Shown here one piece after another: positions 1 through 10,479 of a DNA stretch of 32,000 nucleotides; the first letter of the stretch is position 1; each line of letters opens with the position of its first letter. Under the pieces are notes generated by a model. That model was not told the DNA's origin. It was given only the letters and a program-made list of their open reading frames with translations, and made no database searches. This stretch comes from Sinorhizobium meliloti (GTDB lineage Bacteria > Pseudomonadota > Alphaproteobacteria > Rhizobiales > Rhizobiaceae): assembly GCF_017876815.1 (NCBI RefSeq), contig NZ_JAGIOS010000001.1:1020001-1052000 (forward strand), read 5' to 3'. Position numbers and translations under genes: made by a program.

Positions 1-599
1 AAGCCTTCGTAAAGATGCGCATGGCTGCCTTCGTGGTTGGCCATGCCGGGCTTGGTCAGCAGCCCGCGCGGCTCGGCATAGCTGCTGATTCTGCGCCGCG
101 GCCTCTCGTGCCACTGGATGTTGAAGGCCCAGAGCTTGGGAAAGAAGCAGAGCGAGGCGTAGGGAAGGTGGTCGTGAATCCACCACGCCAGGCTTTGCCA
201 GCCGCCTTCGTGACGCTCCCGGTCCCAGACCCAGGGAATGGCGATGCAGGCGGTGGCCCCCATGCAGCCCTCCGCATCGCGCATGTCCCAGATATGGTCG
301 GCTGCCGTTGCCGCATTGGTCGAGCAGTTGAGCCTGTTGGCGTTGCCGAAGGCGTTCACCGCGCGGTTTCGGTAGGCAGAGCGGATGTGCAGCCGACCGA
401 AGGTCGCCTCGAGCGGCTCCAGAAGTTCCTCGCAAAGTTTCCGTCCGGCCTCGATCGCCAGTTCCGGATCGTCGGGGATATTCGGGATCCGGTAGAACTC
501 CGCGATTTCGGAGTGAAGAAAATCGCGCAGGAAAAAGTTCTTCGAGAGGCGTACGCGCCCGAGGTCTTCGAGCGATTTCATCGACCCGGGTTTCTTCAT
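1..599 (-). CDS. Conserved hypothetical protein, N-terminal ~199 codons (gene runs off the left edge); weak peptidase-M15-like zinc-fold signature
   Basis: Absent from the ORF track because there is no stop in the window. Minus-strand ATG at 599-597 opens an uninterrupted frame to position 1: MKKPGSMKSLEDLGRVRLSKNFFLRDFLHSEIAEFYRIPNIPDDPELAIEAGRKLCEELLEPLEATFGRLHIRSAYRNRAVNAFG...DHIWDMRD... Its composition is ordinary, unlike the Arg/Ala/Gly-rich opposite-strand ORF 15..665. Function is a guess from the LS.NF...F / SAYR / DH pattern. Confidence 0.7.
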   Translation of the reverse strand, partial: MKKPGSMKSLEDLGRVRLSKNFFLRDFLHSEIAEFYRIPNIPDDPELAIEAGRKLCEELLEPLEATFGRLHIRSAYRNRAVNAFGNANRLNCSTNAATAADHIWDMRDAEGCMGATACIAIPWVWDRERHEGGWQSLAWWIHDHLPYASLCFFPKLWAFNIQWHERPRRRISSYAEPRGLLTKPGMANHEGSHAHLYEG

Positions 600-611
600 G
601 CTTCCCCCGCT

Positions 612-720
612 TCGGAGCACTTCCAGGAAAAGTATGTAACGGTTTTCCGTCCGGAAGTGCGTTAGATCAAACGGTTAGAGCATTTCAGTGTTTCCCTGAA
701 ACAGTGAAATGCTCTAGCTC
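612..720. repeat. Interspersed repeat module F (core CAGGAAAAGTNTGTARCGGTTTTCCGT), ending in a long hairpin
   Basis: About 80% identical by eye over ~75 nt to 14995-15090. Degenerate or partial copies occur at 25495-25560, 4837-4862 and inverted at 18120-18163. Hairpin 676-716: TAGAGCATTTCAGTGTTTC-CCT-GAAACAGTGAAATGCTCTA (19-bp stem, 1 mismatch). Confidence 0.75.
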
Positions 721-739
721 CTGTGCTCACGCTCTGCGC

Positions 740-1510
740 TCACGCCTTCGTCACCGAAGCGCCGCCGTCGGCCAGCAGCGCAGCGCCGGTCACGAAGCTA
801 GCACCGTCCGAGGCGAGATAAAGCGCCGCTTCGGCGATTTCCTCGGGTCGCGCGATGCGTTTCAATGCATGCAGCCCTTCCACGAAACCGCGCGTCTCGG
901 GCGCCGCTCCCGGCAGGTTCGCGAAATTGGCAGGCGTGTCGGTGCCGCCGGGCAGCAGCGCGTTCACGCGAATGCCGCGCGCGCCGAGTTCGACCGCCAG
1001 CGCCTGCACCAGTCCGATCAGCCCCGCCTTGCTCGCCGCATAGGGGGCGACCCCGGCAAAGCCGGCCGTGTGGCCGACGAAGCTCGAAGTGAAGGTGAGC
1101 GAACCGCCGCCCAGTGCCGCAATTGCCGGAACCTGATATTTCGCCGCCAGGAAGGCGCTCGTCAGATTGGTATCGAGCGTCTCGCGCCAGCCTTCTACGC
1201 TAAGCGACGAGATCTCTCCCATCGCACCGAGCGCCCCGGCATTGTTGAAGGCGGTATCGAGGCCGCCGAAGCGGCGCACCGCCAGTTCGACCAGCGCCTC
1301 ATGCAGGGCTTCGTCGCCCACGTCGCCGGCAAGCGCTGCCGCCTCACCGCCCCCTCCGGCGATCTCGTCGGTAAGCTCCGCAAGTGCATTCCCGTTGCGG
1401 GCGGTAACGACGACCTTTGCCCCCTCGCGTGCAAAGAGCAGCGCCGCGGCGCGGCCGATACCTGAGCTTGCGCCGGTGACGATCGCGATTTTACCTTCCA
1501 GTCTCGACAT
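740..1510 (-). CDS. SDR family oxidoreductase (short-chain dehydrogenase/reductase)
   Basis: ORF 740..1783 trimmed to the internal ATG at 1510: MSRLEGKIAIVTGASSGIGRAAALLFAREGAKVVVTARN... (TGxxxGxG Rossmann motif), with YAASK catalytic motif. The longer N-terminal extension overlaps the divergent neighbour and reads as junk. Confidence 0.9.
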   Translation of the reverse strand: MSRLEGKIAIVTGASSGIGRAAALLFAREGAKVVVTARNGNALAELTDEIAGGGGEAAALAGDVGDEALHEALVELAVRRFGGLDTAFNNAGALGAMGEISSLSVEGWRETLDTNLTSAFLAAKYQVPAIAALGGGSLTFTSSFVGHTAGFAGVAPYAASKAGLIGLVQALAVELGARGIRVNALLPGGTDTPANFANLPGAAPETRGFVEGLHALKRIARPEEIAEAALYLASDGASFVTGAALLADGGASVTKA

Positions 1511-1730
1511 GGTTCTTCTCCGTCCGATTGCGTTTACGGCGGGACCATTGCCGATGCGCCACGCTGCAACCACCCGATTTCCGCCTGAGGTGAAACGGAC
1601 ACCTATCGCGCAAGCGGCGGAATTGACCCGCGCCTCACGCGCTTTTTGCAGTCGCGAGGAACAAATCTTCGCCCTTTGCTGTTGATTGCGGGTCGAAGGC
1701 AACACGAAGCAGACGAGGAAGGAAACGGAA

Positions 1731-2222
1731 ATGGCCAAAGAAAAGACGCTGGACGACCTCTTCCACGATACGCTCAAGGACATCTATTATGCCGAGCGGA
1801 AAATCCTGAAGGCTTTGCCGAAGATGGCACGCGCCGCCCAGGCCCCTGAGCTCAAGGCCGCGTTCGAGAAGCACAAGGAGCAGACCGAGACCCATGTGGA
1901 GCGGCTGCAGCAGGTATTCGAAATGATCGGCAAGCGCGCGCAGGGCAAGACCTGCGAGGCGATCGAGGGCATCGTCGCCGAGGGCGAGGAGATCATGGAC
2001 GAATTCAAGGGCACCGCCGCGCTCGATGCGGGCCTCATCTCCGCCGCGCAAGCGGTCGAGCATTATGAAATCTCCCGCTACGGCACCCTGAAGACCTGGG
2101 CAAAGACCATCGGTCTCAAGGATGCAGTATCGCTGCTCGACGCGACTTTGAAGGAAGAAGTCGTCACCGACGAGGACCTGACGAAACTCGCGATGGCCCA
2201 AGTGAACAAGAAGGCCGCGTAA
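1731..2222 (+). CDS. Ferritin-like YciE/YciF (DUF892) family protein
   Basis: MAKEKTLDDLFHDTLKDIYYAERKILKALPKMARA...AAQAVEHYEISRYGTLKTWA...LAMAQVNKKAA aligns along its whole length with E. coli YciF as I recall it. ATG at 1731 is preceded by GAGGAAGGAAACGGAA. Confidence 0.9.
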   Translation: MAKEKTLDDLFHDTLKDIYYAERKILKALPKMARAAQAPELKAAFEKHKEQTETHVERLQQVFEMIGKRAQGKTCEAIEGIVAEGEEIMDEFKGTAALDAGLISAAQAVEHYEISRYGTLKTWAKTIGLKDAVSLLDATLKEEVVTDEDLTKLAMAQVNKKAA

Positions 2223-2230
2223 GCTGCCAC

Positions 2231-2257
2231 GACGGCCGGCGCTCCCCGCCGGCCGTC
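2231..2257. terminator. GC-rich hairpin between convergent genes (possible bidirectional terminator)
   Basis: GACGGCCGGCG-CTCCC-CGCCGGCCGTC, perfect 11-bp stem, overlapping the LysR stop codon. No clear T-run, so intrinsic-terminator function is uncertain. Confidence 0.35.
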
Positions 2258-3146
2258 AGCCGCTGTGCCGGAAGAAATCGATGAAGGCCCGGAGCGCCGG
2301 ACGCATCAGCCGGCGGGTCGGATAATAGAGGAAAGGCCCCGCATAGGGCGCGCACCAGTCCTCGAGCACCCGGACCAACTTGCCCTCAGCCACATATCCG
2401 CTGACGCGCGGCTCGAAGAGATAGGCGAGCCCCGCACCGCCGGTGGCGGCCTCGATGATCGGCCGGTCCTCGCCCAGAATGAGCGGGCCGTTCACCGAAA
2501 CGGTCAGTTCCTCCCCCTCTTTCTCGAACTCCCAGCGATATATGGTGCCGTTGGAGAAGCGGCGGCGGATGCAGCGATGGCCCGCCAGATCGCGCGGGTG
2601 CCGCGGCCGCTGGAAGCGCTCGAAATAGGAAGGTGCGGCGACGACCGCGCTTTTCAGTTCCGGCCCGACCTTCACCGCCACCATGTCGGCCTCCAGGCTT
2701 TCGCCGAGCCTTATGCCTGCGTCGTATCCCTCCTCTACGATATTGGTGAAGCCGTCTTCATTGGCGATTTCGAGGACGGTGTCCGGATAGCGCCCGAGAA
2801 AGTCGCCAAGGCGCGGCGCCAGAATGAGGTCGGCGGCAAAACGAGGGGCGGTAATGCGCAGTTTCCCGGCGGGGCGATCGCGCGCCTCCGCCGCCCGCTG
2901 CAGCGCCTCGGCAATGTCGTCGAGCGCCGGACGCAGCCGCTCCAGCAGGCGCTTTCCCTCCTCCGTGGCGGCGACGCTGCGCGTCGTGCGCGCGAGGAGA
3001 CGAACGCCGAGGCTCGCTTCCAGACTGCCCACGGCGTGGCTGACGGCCGATGGCGCGATGCCGAGTTCCTTCGCCGCGCCGCGGAAGCTGCCATGGGCGG
3101 CGACGGCGGAAAGGACGGCCAGTTGGGAGAGCTGTGTGCGGTTCAT
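2256..3146 (-). CDS. LysR family transcriptional regulator
   Basis: N-terminal wHTH MNRTQLSQLAVLSAVAAHGSFRGAAKELGIAPSAVSHAVGSLEASLGVRLLARTTRSV plus a ~200-aa substrate-binding domain. Divergent from the aldo/keto reductase gene, the classic LysR arrangement. Confidence 0.92.
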   Translation of the reverse strand: MNRTQLSQLAVLSAVAAHGSFRGAAKELGIAPSAVSHAVGSLEASLGVRLLARTTRSVAATEEGKRLLERLRPALDDIAEALQRAAEARDRPAGKLRITAPRFAADLILAPRLGDFLGRYPDTVLEIANEDGFTNIVEEGYDAGIRLGESLEADMVAVKVGPELKSAVVAAPSYFERFQRPRHPRDLAGHRCIRRRFSNGTIYRWEFEKEGEELTVSVNGPLILGEDRPIIEAATGGAGLAYLFEPRVSGYVAEGKLVRVLEDWCAPYAGPFLYYPTRRLMRPALRAFIDFFRHSG

Positions 3147-3326
3147 TGATCGAAATAATAGAACAGCCCGTGAGAATTGACAGAGATTTTCAACCGGCCG
3201 TGAGGCACCTATCTTCGCCTTGTCGTTGGGCCCGTGGCGAAAGCTTCGGCCCGACAGGCTACTCCATCTTCTTCGCTAACGCCGCAGGCGACCCTAAGCC
3301 GCGCGTTCAGCCCGAAAGGAAATCCA

Positions 3327-4307
<981 letters not shown>

Positions 4308-4472
4308 CGAACAGGTGAACCGATGAACCGGTGGCTCTAACGGTTGGATGGGGCATCGCAATTTCGTTGCGATGTCCTACCTATGAGGGTGTCCGCCTTC
4401 ATCGGGATTGGAACGGCCTGGGGGCGGATAGTCACCACAGGCGTCTACCGTTCCGGAAAGGAGGGATCATCC

Positions 4473-4832
4473 ATGTCCGAAGAGCAGGCCATCAGCGCGG
4501 TTGTCCATCTTTATGTCGACGGCATGGCCTTCGCCAATGAGGGAGCGTTGCGCAAGGCTTTCCATCCGAGCGCATCGATCGTCGGCAATTCAGGCGATGC
4601 CGTCGAGTGGCTGACACGCGACGCCTTCATCGCCTCCATCGTCAGGGAAGGCGCGGCGCCGCCGGATGCGCAGCCGCTCATGGAAGTGGAGATGGTCCAC
4701 ATCACCGGCGACGTCGCCAGCGTGAAGGTGATCGATGAATTCGCCGGCGCGCGCTATTCGGACTATCTGTCGCTCTTGAAGGTCGACGGGCGGTGGCTGA
4801 TCGTCAACAAGGTCTGGCACCGGCACGGCTAG
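4473..4832 (+). CDS. NTF2-like (SnoaL / lumazine-binding-like) small protein
   Basis: MSEEQAISAVVHLYVDGMAFANEGALRKAFHPSASIVG...LSLLKVDGRWLIVNKVWH. ATG at 4473 is preceded by AAAGGAGGG. Confidence 0.8.
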   Translation: MSEEQAISAVVHLYVDGMAFANEGALRKAFHPSASIVGNSGDAVEWLTRDAFIASIVREGAAPPDAQPLMEVEMVHITGDVASVKVIDEFAGARYSDYLSLLKVDGRWLIVNKVWHRHG

Positions 4833-4836
4833 AGCT

Positions 4837-5114
4837 GGATGAGGAAAAGTGTGCGCGGTGAACTCCGCCCCTCATCCGCCTGCCGGCACCTTCTCCCCGC
4901 AAGCGGGGCGAAGGGACTCGCGGGACCCTCCTGCTCCTCCATCGGCTACCGGATAGCTGCTGGCGCGCCGCTTGCCCCTTCTCCCCGTCAGAACGGGGAG
5001 AAGGTCGCGGCAGCGGGATGAGGGGCCGCACACGACGTAAACCGCACGCCGCGTCTGTCGAAGGGAACTCCGTCACCCTGCCGGCACCTTCTTCCCGCAA
5101 GCGGGGCGAAGGGA
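4837..5114. repeat. Mosaic intergenic repeat cluster (RIME-like): truncated F-module plus three copies of the CCTTCTCCCCG...CGGGGAGAAGG hairpin module
   Basis: Modules at 4868-4914 (CCCCTCATCC box + hairpin), 4977-5025 (the same module inverted) and 5078-5112. The same module recurs at 18013-18059 and 18205-18253. 4837-4858 is an exact inverted copy of 18142-18163. Confidence 0.85.
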
Positions 5115-5153
5115 AATCGTGGCAGCCTTGGCACCATCACCATTGCCCATCCA

Positions 5154-7580
5154 TCAGGCGCGCAGCACGCCGCCTGTGCTCTTCGCCACATTGGCGACGA
5201 TCCGGGCGGTCAGGGCCTCGAAGTCCTCGTCCGTCAGCGTGCGCTCGACCGGCTGGATCGTTACCTCGATCGCTACCGACTTCCTGCCCTCGCCGAGAGA
5301 TGCGCCTTCGAAGACGTCGAAGACGTTGACTGCCGTTATCAGTTTCCGGTCGGCGCCGGAGGCGGCCCTGACGATCGCGGCGGCCTCGACCCCCTTGTCT
5401 ACGACGAAGGCGAAGTCGCGTTTGACTGCCTGGAACGGCGAAAGCTCCAGCGCCGGCTTGGTGCGGGTCGCCTTCTTCTTCGGCTCCGGCATGGCATCGA
5501 TATAGATCTCGAAGCCTGCAAGCGGTCCGGAGACATCGAGCGCGTCGAGGGTCTTCGGGTGGAACTCCCCGAAAGCGCCGAGGACGATCTTCGGACCGAG
5601 CTTGATCGTCCCCGAGCGGCCGGGATGATACCAGGCCGGGCCGCCGGCTTCGAACTGGACATTGGCCATCGGTACGCCACAGGCCTCGAGCACGGCGATG
5701 GCATCGGCCTTCGCGTCGAAGACATCGACCGGCTTGCCGCCGCCCTTTACGGCGTTCGACCAAAGGCGGCCGGTGCCGTTGAGCGACGCTGTGCCGCGGC
5801 GCACGCCGCCGGCGACACGCCGCTGCGCCTCGGGCGTATCACCCTCATAGGTGCCGGAAACCTCGAAAATGGCGACATCGCCATAGCCCTTGTCGGCATT
5901 GCGCTGCGCCGCGGCCAGAAGACCCGGCAGAAGCGACGGACGCATGTCGGACATGTCGGCGGCGATCGGATTGGCGAGCTTGAGTTCCGGCTGGCCGCCA
6001 CCGAAGAGCTTCGCATGCCCTTCCGGGATGAAGGACCAGGTGACGGCTTCGAGCATGCCGCGGGTTGCAAGCGCGCGCCTGGCCTGGCGCGTGCGGATCT
6101 GCAGGGTCGTCAGGATCTTGCCGTTGACGGCATTGTGGCTTGCAAGCGGCGCGGCGACGATGTTGTCGACGCCATGGATGCGCATGACCTCCTCTACGAG
6201 GTCCGCCTTGCCGTCGATGTCCGGCCGCCAGGAGGGAACGGTTACCGTCAGGCGTTCGCCGGAGCCCTCGACGCCGAAGCCGAGCTTCCTGAGGATGGAA
6301 ACGCTCTCCTCGGAGGAGACCTCGAGGCCGGTCAGGCGCCTGACCTCCGAGACCGGGAAATCGACGGACCTGGGCTCGTGGCCGTCATAGCCGACGACGT
6401 CCATCTTGGCCGCGGTGCCGCCGCAGAGCTCCAGCACCAGCTCGGTCGCCCGTTCGAGGCCGGGCGCCATGTATTCCGGATCGACGCCGCGCTCGAAGCG
6501 GTAGCGCGCATCGGTGATGATGCCAAGCGTGCGGCCGGTCTTGGCGATATTCATCGGATCCCAGAGCGCCGATTCGATCAGCACGTCGGTGGTGTTCTCG
6601 TCACAGCCGGAATGCTCGCCGCCCATGATGCCGCCGATCGACTCGACGCCTTCTTCGTCGGCGATCACCACATTGGCCGGCGACAGCGTATATTCGCGCG
6701 TGTCGAGCGCCAGTACCTTTTCGCCTTCCCTCGCACGGCGGACCGTCAGGTTGCCCGCGACCTTCGCTGCGTCGAAGACGTGCAGCGGCCGGCCCTGGTC
6801 GAAGGTCAGATAGTTGGTGATATCGACCAGCGCGTTGATCGGGCGGAGGCCGATGGCCGTCAGCCGTTGGCGCATCCAGGCGGGGCTCGGGCCATTCTTC
6901 ACGCCGCGCACGAGGCGAAGCGCGAAGCCGGGGCAGAGATGCCTGTCCTCGCCCAGATCGAGACGGACCTTGACGGGCGTCTCGCCTTCCACGGCGAAGG
7001 ACGGCGCCGGGCGCGTCTTCAAGGTGCCGAGGCCGGATGCCGCGAGATCGCGGGCGATGCCGTGGACGCTGGTGCAATCCGGCCGGTTCGGCGTCAGGTT
7101 GATCTCGATGACCGGATCGTCGAGGCCGGCATAGTCCGCATAGCTGGTGCCCAGAGGCGCATCCTCGGGCAGGTCGATGATGCCGGTGTGATCGTCGGAG
7201 ATCTCCAGTTCCTTTTCCGAGCACATCATGCCGCGGCTCTCGACACCGCGGATGTTGCCGACGGAGAGCGTCACGCCGATGCCGGGCACGTAGGTGCCGG
7301 GCGCGGCGAAGGCGCCGACGAGGCCCTTGCGCGCGTTCGGCGCGCCGCAGACGACCTGCACCGGCTCGCCGGAGCCGGTATCGACCATCAGCACTCTGAG
7401 CTTGTCGGCATTCGGGTGCTGCTCGGCGGAGATCACCCTGGCGATGACGAAGGGCTTGAAGGCCGCCTTGTCGTCGACATCCTCGACTTCCAGCCCGATC
7501 ATCGTCAGGCGGGCGCAGATTTCCTCGAGCGAGGCGTCGGTTTCCAGATGGTCTTTCAGCCAGGAGAGCGTGAACTTCAT
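5154..7580 (-). CDS. pheT: Phenylalanine--tRNA ligase beta subunit
   Basis: 808 aa, [35 protein letters not shown]... (canonical PheT N-terminus), immediately downstream of pheS. Confidence 0.97.
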   Translation of the reverse strand: MKFTLSWLKDHLETDASLEEICARLTMIGLEVEDVDDKAAFKPFVIARVISAEQHPNADKLRVLMVDTGSGEPVQVVCGAPNARKGLVGAFAAPGTYVPGIGVTLSVGNIRGVESRGMMCSEKELEISDDHTGIIDLPEDAPLGTSYADYAGLDDPVIEINLTPNRPDCTSVHGIARDLAASGLGTLKTRPAPSFAVEGETPVKVRLDLGEDRHLCPGFALRLVRGVKNGPSPAWMRQRLTAIGLRPINALVDITNYLTFDQGRPLHVFDAAKVAGNLTVRRAREGEKVLALDTREYTLSPANVVIADEEGVESIGGIMGGEHSGCDENTTDVLIESALWDPMNIAKTGRTLGIITDARYRFERGVDPEYMAPGLERATELVLELCGGTAAKMDVVGYDGHEPRSVDFPVSEVRRLTGLEVSSEESVSILRKLGFGVEGSGERLTVTVPSWRPDIDGKADLVEEVMRIHGVDNIVAAPLASHNAVNGKILTTLQIRTRQARRALATRGMLEAVTWSFIPEGHAKLFGGGQPELKLANPIAADMSDMRPSLLPGLLAAAQRNADKGYGDVAIFEVSGTYEGDTPEAQRRVAGGVRRGTASLNGTGRLWSNAVKGGGKPVDVFDAKADAIAVLEACGVPMANVQFEAGGPAWYHPGRSGTIKLGPKIVLGAFGEFHPKTLDALDVSGPLAGFEIYIDAMPEPKKKATRTKPALELSPFQAVKRDFAFVVDKGVEAAAIVRAASGADRKLITAVNVFDVFEGASLGEGRKSVAIEVTIQPVERTLTDEDFEALTARIVANVAKSTGGVLRA

Positions 7581-7613
7581 GATGTCACCTGTGTCCTTGA
7601 TTTTCTGCGCGGG

Positions 7614-8696
7614 TCACGCCGAGAGGCCGCCGAAGAGCGTCGGCATGTCGAGCGGGCGGAAGCCGTAATGGGTCATCCAGCGGACATCGGCATTGAAGAA
7701 ATCGCGCAGGTCGGGCATGCCGTATTTCAGCATGGCGATGCGGTCGAGGCCCATGCCCCAGGCGAAGCCCTGATATTCGTCCGGATCGAGGCCGCCGGCC
7801 CTGAGCACGTTCGGATGCACCATGCCGCAGCCGAGGATCTCCATCCAGTCCTTGCCCTCGCCGAACTTGACGATCGGGCCGGAGCGGTCGCACTGGATGT
7901 CGACCTCGAAGGAGGGTTCCGTGAACGGGAAGAAGGACGGGCGGAAGCGCATCGTCACCTGATCGACCTCGAAGAAGGCCTTGCAGAATTCCTCAAGCAC
8001 CCAGCGCATGTTGGCGACATTCGCCGTCCTGTCGATGACAAGGCCTTCCACCTGGTGGAACATCGGCGAGTGGGTCGCGTCGGAATCCTGGCGATAGGTC
8101 TTGCCGGGAATGATGATTCGGATTGGCGGCTGCCCGGCCTCCATCGTGCGTATCTGCACCGGCGAGGTGTGCGTGCGCAGCACCTTGCGCTCACCCTTCT
8201 CGTCGGGCGCGAAGAAGAAGGTGTCGTGCATCTCGCGGGCCGGATGCCCTTCGGGGAAGTTCAGCGCGGTGAAGTTGTAGTAGTCGGTCTCGATATCCGG
8301 TCCCTCGGCAATCGAGAAACCCATGTCGCCGAAGATCGCGGTGATCTCGTCGACGATCTGGCTGATCGGATGGATGCGGCCGCGCTCGGCCGGCGAGGAC
8401 CGGACGGGCAGGCTGATGTCCACCGTCTCGCGCGCCAGCCGTTCGGCGATCGCCGCATCCTTGAGCGCCGTCTTGCGGGCGGAGATCGCCTCCGTCACCG
8501 TGTTCTTCAGCGCATTGATGCGCGCGCCGCGGGTCTGGCGTTCCTCCGGGCTCATCGAACCGAGCGTCTTCAGCAATTCCGAGATCGATCCCTTCTTGCC
8601 GAGCGCGCCGACGCGCACCGCCTCGATCGCGCCCTCGTCGGCGGCAGCGTCGATTTCCGCCAGCAAGGTCCGTTCCAATGTTTCCAGTTCGCTCAT
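7614..8696 (-). CDS. pheS: Phenylalanine--tRNA ligase alpha subunit
   Basis: 360 aa with class II aaRS motifs (...[12 protein letters not shown]..., ...[16 protein letters not shown]..., ...[17 protein letters not shown]...). 33 nt upstream of pheT. Confidence 0.97.
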
Positions 8697-8766
8697 TCTG
8701 TCCTGCCTCGATGCGGTTCGTGTATCGGTTCGACCCTTCGGCGATAGGATCGCGCCGCGAGCCGAA

Positions 8767-8803
8767 CAAGAAAAACCCGCGCCAGCCCTGCCAGCGCGGG
8801 TTT
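8767..8803 (-). terminator. Rho-independent terminator downstream of rplT
   Basis: Minus strand reads ACCCGCGC-TGGCAGGGCTG-GCGCGGGT followed by TTTTTCTTGTT. Confidence 0.7.
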
Positions 8804-8841
8804 CCCAACAATTTCAGAAACGGTCTTGGGAAAACGCTGGC

Positions 8842-9246
8842 TTAACGGACAGCGCTTTCAAACTCGTTTGCCGTGCCGGCTTCCTTGAGATAGGCGAGCG
8901 CCTTCTTGGAAGCTTCGACCAGGGCGCCGAATGCTGCCGGCTCATGGATCGCCATGTCGGACAGAACCTTGCGGTCGACTTCGATGCCGGCCTTGTTCAG
9001 ACCGTCGATGAAGCGGCCGTAGGTCAGGCCGAACTCGCGGACGGCAGCGTTGATGCGCTGGATCCAGAGTGCGCGGAAATTGCGCTTGTTGACCTTGCGG
9101 TCGCGGTAAGCAAACTGCTTGGAACGATCCACCGCTGCCTTGGCGGCGCGGATGGTGTTCTTGCGGCGGCCGTAGAAGCCCTTGGCGGCCTTGAGCGTCT
9201 TCTTGTGCTTGGCGTGGGAGGTTACGCCGCGTTTTACACGTGCCAT
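8842..9246 (-). CDS. rplT: 50S ribosomal protein L20
   Basis: [68 protein letters not shown]... Confidence 0.98.
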   Translation of the reverse strand: MARVKRGVTSHAKHKKTLKAAKGFYGRRKNTIRAAKAAVDRSKQFAYRDRKVNKRNFRALWIQRINAAVREFGLTYGRFIDGLNKAGIEVDRKVLSDMAIHEPAAFGALVEASKKALAYLKEAGTANEFESAVR

Positions 9247-9282
9247 GTCATGATCTCCTTAAAATCCAAATCGCCAGACGTC

Positions 9283-9486
9283 TTAAAGACCGTTAGGCAG
9301 GTAGTTCTTGACGACCTTCTTGCCATCAGGCTCAGCGAGAACCATGGTTCCGCGCGCGTCGCGAATGAACTTGTTGGACCGCTTGATCATGCCGTGGCGC
9401 TTGCCAGCAGCAGCAGCTCTAACCTTGCCGGTTGCGGTGATTTTGAACCGCTTTTTGGCAGACGATTTCGTCTTCATCTTGGGCAT
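9283..9486 (-). CDS. rpmI: 50S ribosomal protein L35
   Basis: [46 protein letters not shown]..., 67 aa, GGAG 8 nt upstream of the ATG. Confidence 0.97.
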   Translation of the reverse strand: MPKMKTKSSAKKRFKITATGKVRAAAAGKRHGMIKRSNKFIRDARGTMVLAEPDGKKVVKNYLPNGL

Positions 9487-9589
9487 TTTGCTACTCCATT
9501 GTTCTTGATATGCGAAACAGGCAGACGAAGCCCATTTCCAGCGTTAAGAACGGCCACGGCATGCCCTGCCGGACCGTTCGGACGGGGGC

Positions 9590-9618
9590 TTATAACCGCA
9601 CATCCCGGAAAAGGCAAG
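9590..9618 (-). promoter_or_regulatory. Putative sigma-70-type promoter for rpmI-rplT
   Basis: Minus strand reads CTTGCC (9618-9613) - 17 nt - TTATAA (9595-9590), close to the rhizobial CTTGAC-N17-CTATAT consensus. It lies just downstream of the infC terminator and would give a ~95-nt leader. Confidence 0.45.
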
Positions 9619-9649
9619 CGGTCCGGAGGCCGCTCGCGCGTAAGCCTTG

Positions 9650-9692
9650 CCAAAAAGGAAAGCCGCCCCACGAACTCCTCCCGGGGCGGCTT
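9650..9692 (-). terminator. Rho-independent terminator downstream of infC
   Basis: Minus strand reads AAGCCGCCCC-GGGAGGAGTTCGT-GGGGCGGCTT followed by TCCTTTTTGG. Confidence 0.7.
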
Positions 9693-9726
9693 CACCAAGC
9701 GTGTCTGGTCTATCAGGCTCCGCCGA

Positions 9727-10263
9727 TCACTTCGGCGCAAGCACCATCATCATCTGGCGGCCTTCGAGCTTGGGTTCGGCTTCCACCTTGGCGATTTCCT
9801 GGGTGTCGTCCTTGACCTGCATCAGAAGTTTCATGCCGAGTTCCTGGTGGGCCATTTCGCGGCCGCGGAACTTCAGCGTCACCTTGACCTTGTCGCCTTC
9901 CTCGAAGAAGCGGTTCATGGCCTTCATCTTCACCTCATAATCATGGGTGTCGATGTTGGGGCGCATCTTGATTTCCTTGATCTCGACGATCTTCTGCTTC
10001 TTGCGCGCCTCGGCGGCTTTCTTCTGGTTCGCGTATTTCAGCTTGCCGAGGTCGAGGATCTTGCACACCGGCGGATCGGAGTTCGGTGCGATCTCTACGA
10101 GGTCGAGACCGGCCTCGTCCGCCATGCGGAGCGCCTGGTCGATCGGAATGCTGCCCAAGTTCTGGCCTTCGGCATCGATAAGCTGAACCCGGGGGACCCG
10201 GATTTCCTTGTTTGCGCGCGGTCCTTCCTTGACTGGAGCGTCCGCTTTGAAGGGTCTGCGAAT
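9727..10263 (-). CDS. infC: Translation initiation factor IF-3 (ATT start codon)
   Basis: The track ORF starts at TTG 10158, but IF-3 homology continues upstream: (ATT)[59 protein letters not shown]... ATT at 10263-10261 follows GAGGAGAG-N7. An in-frame TAG lies 6 codons upstream and there is no ATG/GTG/TTG in between. Length is 178 aa. Confidence 0.88.
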   Translation of the reverse strand: MRRPFKADAPVKEGPRANKEIRVPRVQLIDAEGQNLGSIPIDQALRMADEAGLDLVEIAPNSDPPVCKILDLGKLKYANQKKAAEARKKQKIVEIKEIKMRPNIDTHDYEVKMKAMNRFFEEGDKVKVTLKFRGREMAHQELGMKLLMQVKDDTQEIAKVEAEPKLEGRQMMMVLAPK

Positions 10264-10479
10264 GGTCGTACTCTCCTCGAGCTATTGATAGTAAATATTC
10301 GGTCAAACGGTAAGCGCGATCTCAAACAGAAGCGCTTGAAACAGTCACTGACGGCAATGTGTGAATTGCGGCTCCAGAGTCAATAGCATGGCCCGCAATG
10401 AAAATCATCCTCTGTCGATACCCGAAAGAATCTGTTTTAGAAGGAAATCCGTCATTACCAGGCCTTCAGGAGTTACTCG

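Noticed and set aside
15-665. 216-aa plus-strand ORF at the left edge
   Set aside because: The opposite strand carries an uninterrupted frame with ordinary protein-like composition starting at ATG 599, whereas this ORF is Ala/Gly/Arg/Pro-rich. I call the minus-strand gene instead.
3145-3159. ATT-N9-AAT dyad (ATTGATCGAAATAAT) overlapping the LysR start codon as a LysR T-N11-A box
   Set aside because: It is plausible for autoregulation, but the dyad is only 3 bp per arm and such matches are frequent in AT-rich promoter DNA. That is insufficient support for a feature call.
5129-5146. Sigma-54-like TGGCAC...TTGC
   Set aside because: The spacing between the elements is 8 nt rather than the 5 nt required. 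It lies in the convergent gap downstream of pheT, with no gene to drive.
5559-8747. 1062-aa plus-strand ORF
   Set aside because: It is antisense to pheT and pheS, which have unmistakable homology. It is Arg/Ala/Gly/Asp-rich and low-complexity, typical of open antisense frames in high-GC DNA, and has no SD.
8697-8766. Phe-rich leader peptide / attenuator upstream of pheS, as in E. coli pheM
   Set aside because: There is no short ORF with Phe codons and no alternative hairpins between the rplT terminator and the pheS start.
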